Source: Hyaloraphidium curvatum SAG 235-1 (Eukaryota > Fungi > Monoblepharomycota). From it: a stretch of DNA of 64,000 nucleotides. Below, one piece after another: positions 1-10,662 of the stretch (positions are counted from its first letter, which is position 1; every line of letters begins with the position of its first letter). The DNA lies in contig JAIVFI010000003.1 of assembly GCA_025558095.1 (NCBI GenBank), forward strand, positions 496,001 through 560,000, written 5' to 3'. Position numbers and translations under genes: made by a program. Below the pieces are notes generated by a model. That model saw only the letters and a list, made by a program, of their open reading frames with translations. It made no database searches and was not told the DNA's origin.

Positions 1-3000
1 CTTCCTGCACCCGCTGCACTGGATGCTCGCGCAGCTGCTCGCCAAGATGCAGCAGATCGCCGCGCTTCGGTCCGCGCGGGGCGCCAAGCCCGGCGCGCTC
101 GGGATCGGCGCCGAGACGGAACCCGAGGGCCGGCTCAGGGTGTGGAAGCAGGTGTTTGACCTCGAGGCGGCGCCCGGGACCGAAGTGCCCCGCATCAAGC
201 TCATGAACCTGCAGCGCGTCGTGCTAAAGCCCGTGCGCGTGCAGGCCTTCGTGGCCCAGATCCGGGCCAACCTGTGGGTGCGCAACGGTGACGCCATGCG
301 GATGCAGGCTTTCCACTACAAATACGAGTCCCTGCGGGAGCTCGGCTACGATCAGGACCTCACGGTGATCCAGGCTGCCCTGTGCGTGATGGAGCCCGAG
401 GGCGTGCTGCAGACCATGGCCAACGCCTTCAACCTGGACTGGTGGCTGCGCGGGCGGTCGGCGACGTCGGCGCGCCTGCACGGCATGGAGCCCAGGCAGA
501 TGAACGTGCTGGCGGAGGAGTTCATGGAGCTCCTCATCTTTTTGCTGACGGAGCGCACCGCGGCCGCGGCGCTTTCGTACGAGGAGGTGGCGAGGCGCGA
601 GATCCGGCACCACCTGGCTTTCCAGCCGAACGGCATGACGTACAGCGCGCTGGTGAAGCGGGTTTCGGACCGGGCGACCGAGTCGGCGACGGACGAGAAC
701 CTCGAGCCGCAGTTCGAGAGGATCCTCAAGTCGATGGCCAGGTTCAAGGAGCCCGACGCGACCCGCGAGTACGGCGTCTACGAGCTGCACGACGGCGAGT
801 TCGACGCGGTCGATCCCTGGTTCTGGCATTACTCGCGCAACCACCGTGCCGAGGTCGCCGAGGTGGGTTTCGTCGAGGGTCGGCCAGCGGTACCGCACCC
901 GCGCTGACGCTGCTTCCGACAGATCCTCAAGAAGCGCGCGTCGGCAAAGAAGGGCATCCACGTCCCCGCCCTGCTCCCCGTGCCGCCCAACACGCCGTTC
1001 TCGCACCTTGCGGATCTCGTGCACGACAAGCACTTTGCCTCGGTGATGTTCTTCACGATCTGGAACTGCACGAAGCGTGCCGACGCCAAGGTCCGGGTCG
1101 CCAAGGACGTCAAGACCTGGTCCGCGGAGGACATCCGCGAGTGCGGCCACAGCAGCGGCATCCTCGACGCGTCTCTGCACCTGCTGCTTGTGGCTTGCCA
1201 GGAGGAGGTCGAGGGTTACGCCAGCTCGGTCTCGCGCCGGCGTGGTATCAACGCCCGCAAGGCCGGCTTCATGGCCAATGCGACATCGTGCGAGTTCGAG
1301 GTGCCGTTGCCCACCGGCGACAAGCTGGTGAAAAAGACGCTGCTGTCTTTGCTTCTGGAGCTCATCGAGGCTTTCGGAGGCGGAGTGACCCTTTCGGGGT
1401 CCACCAAGCTCAAGGCCAAGGAAGCTTCGGCGGGCTTCGTGGAGGAGTCGACGGTTGCGGATTTCGTCCCGCGCATGTACTGGATCGTGCAGCGGATCGA
1501 GGAGTGGGGCTCGGACGAAGCGCGCACGGCCGTCGCCGAATGGAGGATTCGCGTGGTCGAGAGCCAGGAGGACCGGGGCGGTGCCGACGAAAAGCCGAAG
1601 GAGCTCACGGACGTGGACAAGAAGAGGCAGGCGGCCAAAGATCGGCAGGCCGCCATCATGGCGCAGATGAAGGCGCAGCAGCAGCAGTTCATGGTCTCCC
1701 ACGGCTTTGGCGGCCCCGAGAGCGAGGAGGAAGACGACGACATGGACCTGCAAGCGGACGATGGGGCGCCTGCCGAGGACTCGCTGCGCGAGAGGGCGTG
1801 GAGATTCCCCGCCGGAACCTGCATCGTGTGCCAGGAGGATGCCGACAAGGGCAGCGAGCTGTACGGGATGCTGGCTTTCGCGCAGTCGAGCCGTCTGGTC
1901 CGGCCCCTGAACCCGGCCGAGCCGGACGAGGCCACGGCCGCCCTTGCTGGCGTCGTGCACCTACCGTCATCGCTGGACGAGGATGCTGGCCCGGCTTCCG
2001 GGTCCAATCTGTCGAAGGAGTACCTCGCGCGGCAGACCTTTGGGGCGCGAGCGGACATCTGCGTCAGCACCTGCGGCCACATCATGCATTCCAAATGCTT
2101 CACTTCCTTCATGCAGAGCGTGACCCAGAGGCTCACGCAGCACCGCGAACGCAATCATCCCGAGCAGGGACCCAAGGACTTCATGTGCCCGATGTGCAAG
2201 AGCCTGGGGAACATGCTTTTGCCCGTCGTTGCTTCAGTGAAGACGGAAAAGGTCAACGTCGTCGCCGACGACAGCAAGGGTGCGGCCCATTCGAAAGGCA
2301 AGGAAGATCACGTGGGACAGTTTACGACGTGGAGCCAGGGCGTTGTTCACCAGCGCGACTTCCTGGGCAAGCTGCGCAGCGGCGCTGCTTCACCCCGTAT
2401 GGATGCGGGTCCTCCGACGACGAGGGCGCGGGCGGCTCGCGCTGGCAGCTCGTCCGGCTCTTCGGCCGGGCCCCTCGCGTCGTCTCCCCCGACTCTGGGC
2501 TTCCGGGAACTGTTTGGACGTGCACTCGGCCAGATCATCCCAGGTTTGTTCCGCGGATCGCGTGCAGAGTCGGGAGCGGGAGACGGTGCGCCGGCTGAGA
2601 GCAAGGGGGAAGCTCTGCGTTTCGCGTACAATGCCCGCGTCGTCAACGTCCTGAAAGATATCAAGGCCAAGATCCGGATTTTGCCGAGGACCGCGGACAC
2701 GATGGACCTGATGGAAACGCTGTGGTCTTGCTTTGCGTACACCGTCAAGTGCTACGAAACGGCTGCTCGGGGCACGGGAAGGGCCGCCGGGGAGCCGCTG
2801 TGGCACCGGGGCCAGCCCTCCATTTGGGTTTCCCAGCTCAGTGCCAACCAAGTTACCCTGCTCCGGCTGCTCGGCGAGACGATCCTCGGGTACGCCAACA
2901 TGCTGATGACCGACGACGATCCAAACGTGTCGACGGAACCCGAGGTGGTCGAGGCGCAGATGCGAGAACGGAGTGCGGCGCTCGTCGGGGCAATCTTCGC

Positions 3001-4208
3001 TGGCATAATCGCAAAGCCGAGCTTGCCAGCCGAGCCTCTGTTGCTGCGCGATGGCCTCGACATCTTTGCCGAAGTGTCGTCCACCGTCATCCCGGCCACG
3101 GCCAATCCGCTGAGCGAGGATGACGACATGTGGCAGTGGACTCGCCTCATCTATCTGATCGACATCGTGAGGACCGCGGCCAACATCGCTCACCTCGTTG
3201 GCGACGTGCGCGCCACGCTCGAAATGGAAGGAGAGGCATTCGACGGCCCGGCATTCCCCGCCAAGGACCTGGTGCAATGGGTAGCGGGACTGATTGGCAT
3301 GTCGAGTGCCGTGACGCAGATCGGTTCAGTTGCGGAGGCGTCACTGGCGAAGCTCTTCCAGGCCCTGCTCCTTCCCTCGCTGCGGCGCTATGCTCTGCTC
3401 CTGCACGCCCGCTTTGGCGTCGTTCCCGAAGGCCAGGATGGCTCGACGCCGTCTCCCGTTTCGCCCACGGCGTCGTCCGCGGGGCACCATGACGGCGAGT
3501 TTGCGCGCCTCACCACGTTCCTGCGGCTGCCAACCCTCGCGGAGGTGTGCGCACACCTTCTGGGCCACGGCAGCGCGGCTGGAGAGCCGGGCGACCCCAC
3601 GTTGACGCGGATCGTGTCTTCTTGGTGCGCGCATTATCGGGATTGGACCCGTTCACCGTCTTCCTGGACCATTGCGATCGCCGACCCGACGATACCCCAG
3701 CTTGTCGCTTTGCCTCAGCAGCTTACTTTGCTCATCGAATCGTCCATCGCGTTTGTCTGCGGGAAGTGCGGCACGACGCCAACCGACCCGGCGCTCTGCC
3801 TTCTGTGCGGACAGTACGTTTGCTCGCAGTCCATGTGCTGCGCCGAGAACCGGCAGGGGGAATGCAACCAGCACATGCAGAACTGCGGCGGCGAGACGGG
3901 CATTTTCTTCATCGTCAAGCGCGGCGCCATTCTGTACCTGCACCGCGGCAACGGCACTTTTGTTCCTATGCCGTACCTCGACACACACGGGGAAAGTGAC
4001 GTGGGACTCAAGTGAGTGATACCTCATCGCCATGGCGGAACGGCACTGATCTCTCTTTTGTTTCTTTCGCAGGCGTGGAAGGCCCGCGTTCTTCAATGCG
4101 AAGAGATACGCCGACATCCGCAAGACGTGGCTGACCTTGCAGATCCCGCAGCTCATCGCGCGGAAAGTCGAGAGCAGCTACGACGTCGGTGGTTGGGGAG
4201 CATTCTGA
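1..4208 (+). CDS. UBR1: N-end rule E3 ubiquitin ligase UBR1/UBR2 family, 5' end outside the window; exons <1-862, 923-4011, 4073-4208
   Basis: RING-H2 (CIVCQE...STCGHIMHSKC...FMCPMCKSLGN) and C-terminal Cys-rich UBR domain (CGKC..PTDPALCLLCG...CNQH...CGGETGIF...PYLDTHGESDVGLKRGRP). GT-AG introns 863-922 and 4012-4072 join the frames; TGA at 4206-4208. Confidence 0.93.
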
Positions 4209-4602
4209 TTCGGTGCAAAGTCTTTTGCAATACATCCTGCGTCTTATGAGCGAAACCGGTCCGATGGGTCCGATCCGGCGGGGACTTCGGAGTGGGCGCG
4301 TGCGTCCGCGGAGTTCCCACACCCACCACAACATGGTCGCGCTTCCCGCGTTTACCGCGCAGCCAGGCCCTGCACTAGGCATCAGAACACTTGTCTGCGC
4401 GGCCACAGTGTCCTGCAGCCGCCGCACCGTCTGCATTCGGACGACCCCCCCCTCCCGGTGTCTTGCGCCGAGCTACACCATTCGGACGCGCCCCCCTTCC
4501 CCGTTTCTTGGGCGGAGCTACACGAATCGAGCTGAAAGGCCAGGGAGAGACGACATAATTCCAAACTTTTTCCCTGCGAAGGCCCATCCCGTGTCTCCGG
4601 CG

Positions 4603-5466
4603 ATGCCGGGGTTTCGATTCGATGCCGGGACTCTGGAGGAGATGCGTCGCCACCTCGAGCGAGCCACTCGTGACCAGACAGTTGAAACGCTGCGCGACAG
4701 GCCCGCGCCTTCGCCGGCGTCCGCGCAATTCAACCAAACGAGTGCGACAGTCACGCCGCAAGCAGCGCCGGTGGTCGCCCAAACGGAGCAGGCGACCGCG
4801 ACGGTGACGCCGAAACGGCCTACACGCGAAGCTGCAATTTGCCTGCTATTCTGCGAGGTGGACGAGGTTCCGAGTGTTCTTTACACGGTCAGAAGTCCCC
4901 GACTGAGGCGACATACGGGGGAAATCAGCTTCCCTGGAGGCGTCCGAGACCCCTCGGACGCGTCGCCGCTGGCTGCGGCACTCAGGGAGACCAGGGAGGA
5001 GATTGGGATCAACGAGGCCGACGTTACCGTGCTCGGCGGGCTGCCGTGGCTGCCGGACCTCACTGGACGCATGCGCGTCTACCCCTTTTGCGGCTTCGTC
5101 GACCTCGCGAAGCTCGGGATCCGGCGCCCTTCCGAGATCAAGGGGAACCCCACGGAGGTAGCAAGGGTATTCCACCTCACGGTTCCCCAGCTCCTTGACC
5201 CGAATCGCCGGCGGGATCTGAAGTTTCGCAACCGCGATGTGGCATACACTGCTTTCCGAGCCGACGACGTTGACTTGCTGCCGGAACTGCCCCAGTCGGT
5301 CATTGAGACGGGGGACCTGCGAGCTCTCGCCGATTACGAACACCAGTACGGCTCGACGGTGGTGTGGGGCTTGACCGGCTACGTAACGACGCAAGTTCTG
5401 CGAATCGCTGTGGAACCCGTGGTGGAGCAGTTGCGAGTCGCGCGGGAAGGCAGTGGGAAAGGGTGA
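4603..5466 (+). CDS. Nudix hydrolase, CoA diphosphatase type (NUDT7/NUDT8/PCD1-like); start codon uncertain
   Basis: LYTVRSPRLRRHTGEISFPGG (NuCoA motif), then Nudix box AALRETREEIG and C-terminal VWGLTG. Confidence 0.88.
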   Translation: MPGFRFDAGTLEEMRRHLERATRDQTVETLRDRPAPSPASAQFNQTSATVTPQAAPVVAQTEQATATVTPKRPTREAAICLLFCEVDEVPSVLYTVRSPRLRRHTGEISFPGGVRDPSDASPLAAALRETREEIGINEADVTVLGGLPWLPDLTGRMRVYPFCGFVDLAKLGIRRPSEIKGNPTEVARVFHLTVPQLLDPNRRRDLKFRNRDVAYTAFRADDVDLLPELPQSVIETGDLRALADYEHQYGSTVVWGLTGYVTTQVLRIAVEPVVEQLRVAREGSGKG

Positions 5467-5644
5467 ACGATGCGTGTTGTTCTATGGCCAACATGTGTCA
5501 AACTTTCTCGCTGAAGCTATCCAGTTCACGTCAGGACGAAGCTCCGGATCTTCGGGGATTCGAGTGCTCGTTAAGTCCCAATCCGACAACCGCACGGACA
5601 CCGACTCTAGGCATCATCATTGCCGCTTTAGTTAGAGGGACAAA

Positions 5645-6212
5645 GAGAGCAGTGGACTGTTCCTGTCCAGTTTCGGGCCGCCGCGGCAGGCCGGCCCCAT
5701 CGGGGCTTCGTTCGTTTGCGTCTTTGCCAGCACGAAGAAAAGAAAGCTGGACAGCAGCCCGAGAGAGTGCGATACGGGAGCCATCCGGGCGGCTGCTGAG
5801 CAAGCCCAGCGACACCGCCGTTGCCAAAAAGAAACATTATGCAACGAAGGTCAGTGACCTTCGATATAGACATAAATCTGCGGTGGGGCGCGGGATGAGC
5901 GGTTGCTGGAGCGGCGCGGCGCGGCGGACGCACCTATATAGAACAGATACTACACTTGATCTTAGCCAATAGGCCGAGAGGATGGGCAAAATCTTTGGTG
6001 CGGGCGGTGCATTTGTTGCCGTCCGGGGCCCCGAGCTTCTGGGGGGAGCCGTATTTTTGGGTGCGCAGCAGCCCTCAATCCACCGCTGCGCATGATGACG
6101 GCGCCGCCGGGCCGTCCGGAGGGGTCGGGCGGGGCCGGAAGGTCGCCGCAGGACGGCGTCCGGCGTCCGGGTTGGAGCGGGCCTCGGAGTCCCGGGATGG
6201 AAAGGGACCGTG
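5645..6212. repeat. About 567-bp duplicated unit (U2 gene, ~230 bp upstream, ~100 bp downstream); inverted copy at 21021-21586
   Basis: Near-identical reverse-complement match, with only a few substitutions or indels seen by eye. Confidence 0.95.
5746..5983 (-). ncRNA. U2: U2 spliceosomal snRNA, copy 1, with a 56-nt spliceosomal intron (5878-5933)
   Basis: Reverse complement reads ATCCTCTCGGCCTATTGGCTAAGATCAAGTGTAGTATCTGTTCT, the conserved U2 5' end with the GUAGUA branch-pairing site. After intron removal, stems IIa, IIb, III and IV fold. Confidence 0.95.
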
Positions 6213-6654
6213 ACCTTTCCCAGGCAAAACATGCCGTTCCTTCATTCGACCGAAGTAGGGCACTGGATACTGAACCTGCTGAACCTTGCGTGATCCCATG
6301 AACCCGGAGCGAACTTGTGAACCAGGCGCATCCCGCGAAACGCGCATCATTTCAGCAGTCCACGGTAAGCCCGAGCTGCTTTGGGCCGTGTAGAGACAAT
6401 GTAGGGAAGCAATGTAGGCCCCCTGAAGCCCATTCCGGCGGCAGAATGGAGGTGCTCAAGTTGCGCAAGTGCCAGACGCCGGAATCCCCGCGCTTGCCCT
6501 GGCCCCGAGCACCAGACATTCCCTCTGTGTGAGAAGCTTCATTCACGGCGCCGATTCTGGCAATTGGCCGGTTGAACATCGTCGTGTGCAGTGACAGGTC
6601 GCGTGCCGGCGCGGAGAAAGAGGATCATCAACACAAACACTGCGAATTGCAAGG

Positions 6655-8489
6655 ATGCCTCGCCTTCCCCGGACCGTGCATGGGCTCCTGTTTGCCTGTG
6701 CGCTGGCATTGCCAGGCACCCGCGGCAGCAGCGCCCCGCCGTCCGCGTTCTTCGAATGCGCGTTCGTCGACGCCGCGCTCAGCTACTTGGGCAGCCCGCC
6801 TCTGGCTCCGCCCAACGCATCCGCCAACGCGTCGTGGTGCTGCGGCCTTGACATGTCTTCCGGAAACTCCCGGCGAACCGTGACGTGCGCCGGCGCCGCC
6901 GCGGGGACCAACGGGTCCGCGACCGTGACGGAGCTGTGGTGGACAAACTCTGGCCTCAACGGGACCCTCGCGGACCTGACGCCGTCTTGGCTGCCTTCCC
7001 TGAAGGTGCTCAATCTGGCGGGCAACCCGGGGCTGACGGGCCCGTTTCCTACGTTCCTCGTGAGGGAGAGCAAGTCTCTCGTTTATCTGTAAGTTCCTTT
7101 CTCCGTCAAGCTGTCGATGCTTGCCCTGACCTCTGTTGCCGTACAGAAACCTCGAAGGCAGCTCAATTCATGGCTCGGTACCGGATCTGTCGTACCAGAA
7201 GCTGGAGTACCTCTACCTGCGCGGGACGCGCCTGCGGTCGCAGGTCGTCCTGCCATCCTTCATGCGGCAGTGCTTCCTCGTGCCCGGCGTGGATTCCATG
7301 TGCTTCCAGCAGGGTGCGCGGATCCCACCCGCGTGTGCAGCTACGGGAGCGGAGCGGTGCCCGTCCAACACCACGCTCCCGACGGCACCGCCGGCGTTGA
7401 TCGAATGGAAGTGCATTGACGGCTACAACACCCCCGTGCGGCTGGTCTCGGACGGCGCGGATCTCGTGCCGGCATGCATGACCATGGACGGAAAGAGCTG
7501 CGTCTTCACCGCGACGCCAGCAGAGTGCGACGTCTTGGCCGCGACACCCCTGCCAAACGCGATCGCCTTGACGTGCGGCCAGATGTTTGCAGACGTCTAC
7601 GGCGCATCCGGCTATTCCTACAGCCCCAGGACGTGGTGCACGGCCGCCTTTTACTCCCTTGCTTCGCCGGCCGTCATCCGGCCTTGGCCGTTCAGCCCAC
7701 ACTCACAAAATTACACGTGCCTGCCGGGCATCCACACGCCGCTGACGATCATCCACGAGACGGGCGAAACGGGCTGCATGCTGGCCCCGAGAACGCCCGA
7801 CTACCCACCCGGCTGCCTTTGGATGGGCTCCCAGGAGGGCTGCGAGGCCGTTGCTAAGGCGCCTCCCGCAGGCGTCGACGTCAACGATCCCTTTAGCTGC
7901 GGGAACTGGTACCGAGAAGTGTACGGCTGGGACGGGTGGGTGTGTTTCCCCGTGCACGGCTGCCCAAGAGCTGACGGATCGGCGCAAACTTGACAGCTAC
8001 AACGCGTCGGATCCCCACAACTGGTGCTCCCTCGGACGCAGTTACCTCTACGTCAACCAGACGGATATGCATGGCAACGTGACCCTTTTCCCGACAGCGA
8101 CCACTACGACCATCACGTCGATCTCGATCCCGACCGTCTCCCTCACGGGGACGGGCTCCCTCCCCCAGAGCCCGTACTTCTGCGTGCAATCGGTCAACAC
8201 CCCGATCCGAGTCTCGCCAAACGGCGTTGACGTGGCGTGCATGAGCATGGACGGCTACCTGTGCTACTGGCTGCCGAACTCGGATTCCTGCCAGCTCGCC
8301 GCCGGCAAGGGCGACTCGAGCACGTCTTACCTCTCCTGCGTGGGTGTTACCCGTGGCGGAGAACGCAGACCTCTCTGACCTGACTTCAACCAGGGCGCGG
8401 ACTACGACGCCAAGTACGGGACGAAGGACGGGGGCTACACGCCAGGAAGCTGGTGCACGATCGGGAGGGCGGCGCTCCTAGGTGTGTGA
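6655..8489 (+). CDS. Secreted protein with plant-type LRRs and three Cys-rich ~75-aa repeats; exons 6655-7088, 7147-7935, 7997-8339, 8394-8489
   Basis: Signal-peptide-like N-terminus (GLLFACALALPGTRG); LRRs LPSLKVLNLAGNPGLTGPFP and SLVYLNLEGSSIHGSVP; three GT-AG introns restore one frame; three copies of C..TP.R...CM..DG..C.W...CG..Y...YG..GY...WC. Confidence 0.85.
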
Positions 8490-8689
8490 GCCACGATCGG
8501 GCCAGGACTTCGCGGCGGCTGGAACGCGGGACTATTCATTCTTGTGGAATGTCAATACATGCTGGTTCATGCTCTCTTCCTTTTGAGGGGCTTCTTGATC
8601 TTGGGCGGCTTGCGGAGTTTGACTTGACAGACGACAGTAGTGCTTCGCGTCCCCAAACACCGGCCCCGCCGGGCCCGCGCGCCGCCGCC

Positions 8690-10561
8690 ATGTCCAGCGC
8701 GCCGATCCCGCCGGCGCTCGTGTGGCTGTCCGGCGCGGCGGCGTACGCGGCGTCGCTGCTGACGCTCGCGACGATGTGGCGGCACCTCAAGAACTACCGG
8801 CGGCCCGACTGCCAGCGGCTGATCTGCCGCATCCTGTGGATGTGAGCCGCGCCTTGTTCTGTGCCGCGGACGTCGCCGACGCCTCGCAGGGTGCCGATCT
8901 ACGCGCTGTCGTCGCACATCGCGCTCACCGCGCCGCCGCCCGTGCCGTCTTACATCGACGCGCTGCGCGACCTGTACGAGGCCTTCGTGCTCTACTCCTT
9001 CTTCGGGCTCTGCGTGGCGCTCATGGGCGGCGAGCGCGAGTTCCTCCGGCGACTGGAAGCGCGGCCGTGGGTCAATGCCGGGGGTTGCGGAGGCAGACTC
9101 GACGTGCGTGCTGCGTTCCGTCGACCCTGGGCTGGGATGACGCGATTTCCGCCGAGCAGATGTCGGATCCCTCGACGTTCCTCCTCATTCGCAGGCTCAT
9201 ATTCCAGTTCGTCGTTCTGAAGCCGGTCCTCACACTGGTCATCTTTGCGATGCAGCTGGCAGGGGCCTACACCGAGGGACGGATCGCGCTGGACTCGTCT
9301 TACATGTGGATCTCGCTCTTCTACAACCTGAGCGTGAGCGCCGCGCTGTGGGGCCTCGTGGTGTTGCTGCTCGCAGTGAAGGACGAGCTGGCGCCGTACC
9401 AGTGGGTTTGCTGCCGGCGACCTCGAGTGACTTGGCCTGAACGGTTCCTCTAGCCCGGTCGCGAAGTTTTTCTGCGTCAAAGCCATCGTCTTCTTCTCCT
9501 GGTGGCAATCTCTCTTGCTCGCGGTCCTCGTTTGGGCCGGCATCATCCGCGGGACGGTGGATTACCCCGCAGGCGTGCTGGCCACGGCGCTGCAGGACCT
9601 CCTAATCCCCTTCGAATGCCTCGTCCTCGCCTTTATCCACATGCGCGCGTTTCCCCCCTCGGATTACGACCCGGCGGCGGGGAACGCACCTCCGCTGTCG
9701 GGGCGCCTGGCGCTGCCGTACGCCTTCCGGGACGCGGTCGGGTTCCGGGACCTCGCCGACGAATGGAAGCACACCATGCTGCTCGGGACCCGCTTCGAAG
9801 GGAGGCCGGCGGGCGAGGCCGAGCGGTACGAGCGGCGTTTGGAAGACGCCGGCGCGCAGGGCCGGCTGAGGAGGAGCCTGGAGAGGGTGCGCGGGGAACA
9901 CGACGGCGGCGAAGGGCGCTGGGTTCTGCAGCGGACCGGGCGGTACTACGATTCCGCTGTCGTCGGTGATCCATCTTCGCCGTCGTTGGCGCAGGCGGAG
10001 GATCCCGACTGGGGCGGGCAGGAGCTCCTACATGCATCGGTCGAGTTTGCGGATCCCGCTGCTGCGTCTGAGGCCAGCACGGAACGGCTCTACGCCCAGG
10101 CGAGGGCGCTGCTATTCGGGGACTACAACTACCCGGTCCTCGGCGGACCCGAGGCGCCGTCTGCAGGGAAGCTGCGGATGGGAGCGGGCGGGTTCGGGTA
10201 TCAGATCGAGGGCGAGGACCACGGGAGGCTAGCGGGCTACGAGGATGCGGCAGTGCTGGAGGTCGAGCCGGAAGATGGTCCGGCGGAGACCGGACGGGGA
10301 CGGCAGGAGCGAAAGGGGCTGCTGGGATCCATGGTGGGGGCGGTGCGGAGCGCCGTCTCTCGCTCTCGATCACGCGATCGAGACTTGGAGGACGAGGATG
10401 ACGCGGATGCCGAGGGCCGCGGGGATGTTCCCCTCCTCGGCCCTGGGAGAGCAAACAATGGAAAGCCCCGGGCGAGCGTCGAGGGCAAACCCGATGTGTC
10501 GCCCATCCTTAGCCCCGTCGACGCAGAGGAGGCTCGGAGGGCTGTTGGATCTCGCGGTTGA
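8690..10561 (+). CDS. TMEM184 / organic solute transporter alpha (OSTalpha, Hfl1-like) membrane protein; introns ~8842-8890, 9104-9159, 9402-9453
   Basis: HLKNYRRPDCQRLICRILWM|VPIYA, RDLYEAFVLYSFF, QFVVLKP, PVAKFFCVKAIVFFSWWQ are typical of this family. Confidence 0.9.
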
Positions 10562-10662
10562 AGGTTCCGGACCTTCACCTGACGCATGCTGATGATGTTC
10601 ATCTCTTCGATTCCCTCTCTCTGAATCATACAATCTTCTTGCCATCTAGCCATGCTCTCCGT

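Noticed and set aside
224-2598. Long overlapping or antisense ORFs here and elsewhere (e.g. 27921-30356, 48131-50197, 53446-54894)
   Set aside because: Shadow frames expected from high GC and codon bias of the real genes.
5364-5972. 202-aa ORF and its twin peptide in ORF 21260-22132
   Set aside because: Antisense translations of the duplicated U2 unit; no protein features.
9067-9072. GTGGGT as a donor in the TMEM184 gene
   Set aside because: The frame is only restored using the GTGCGT donor at 9104.
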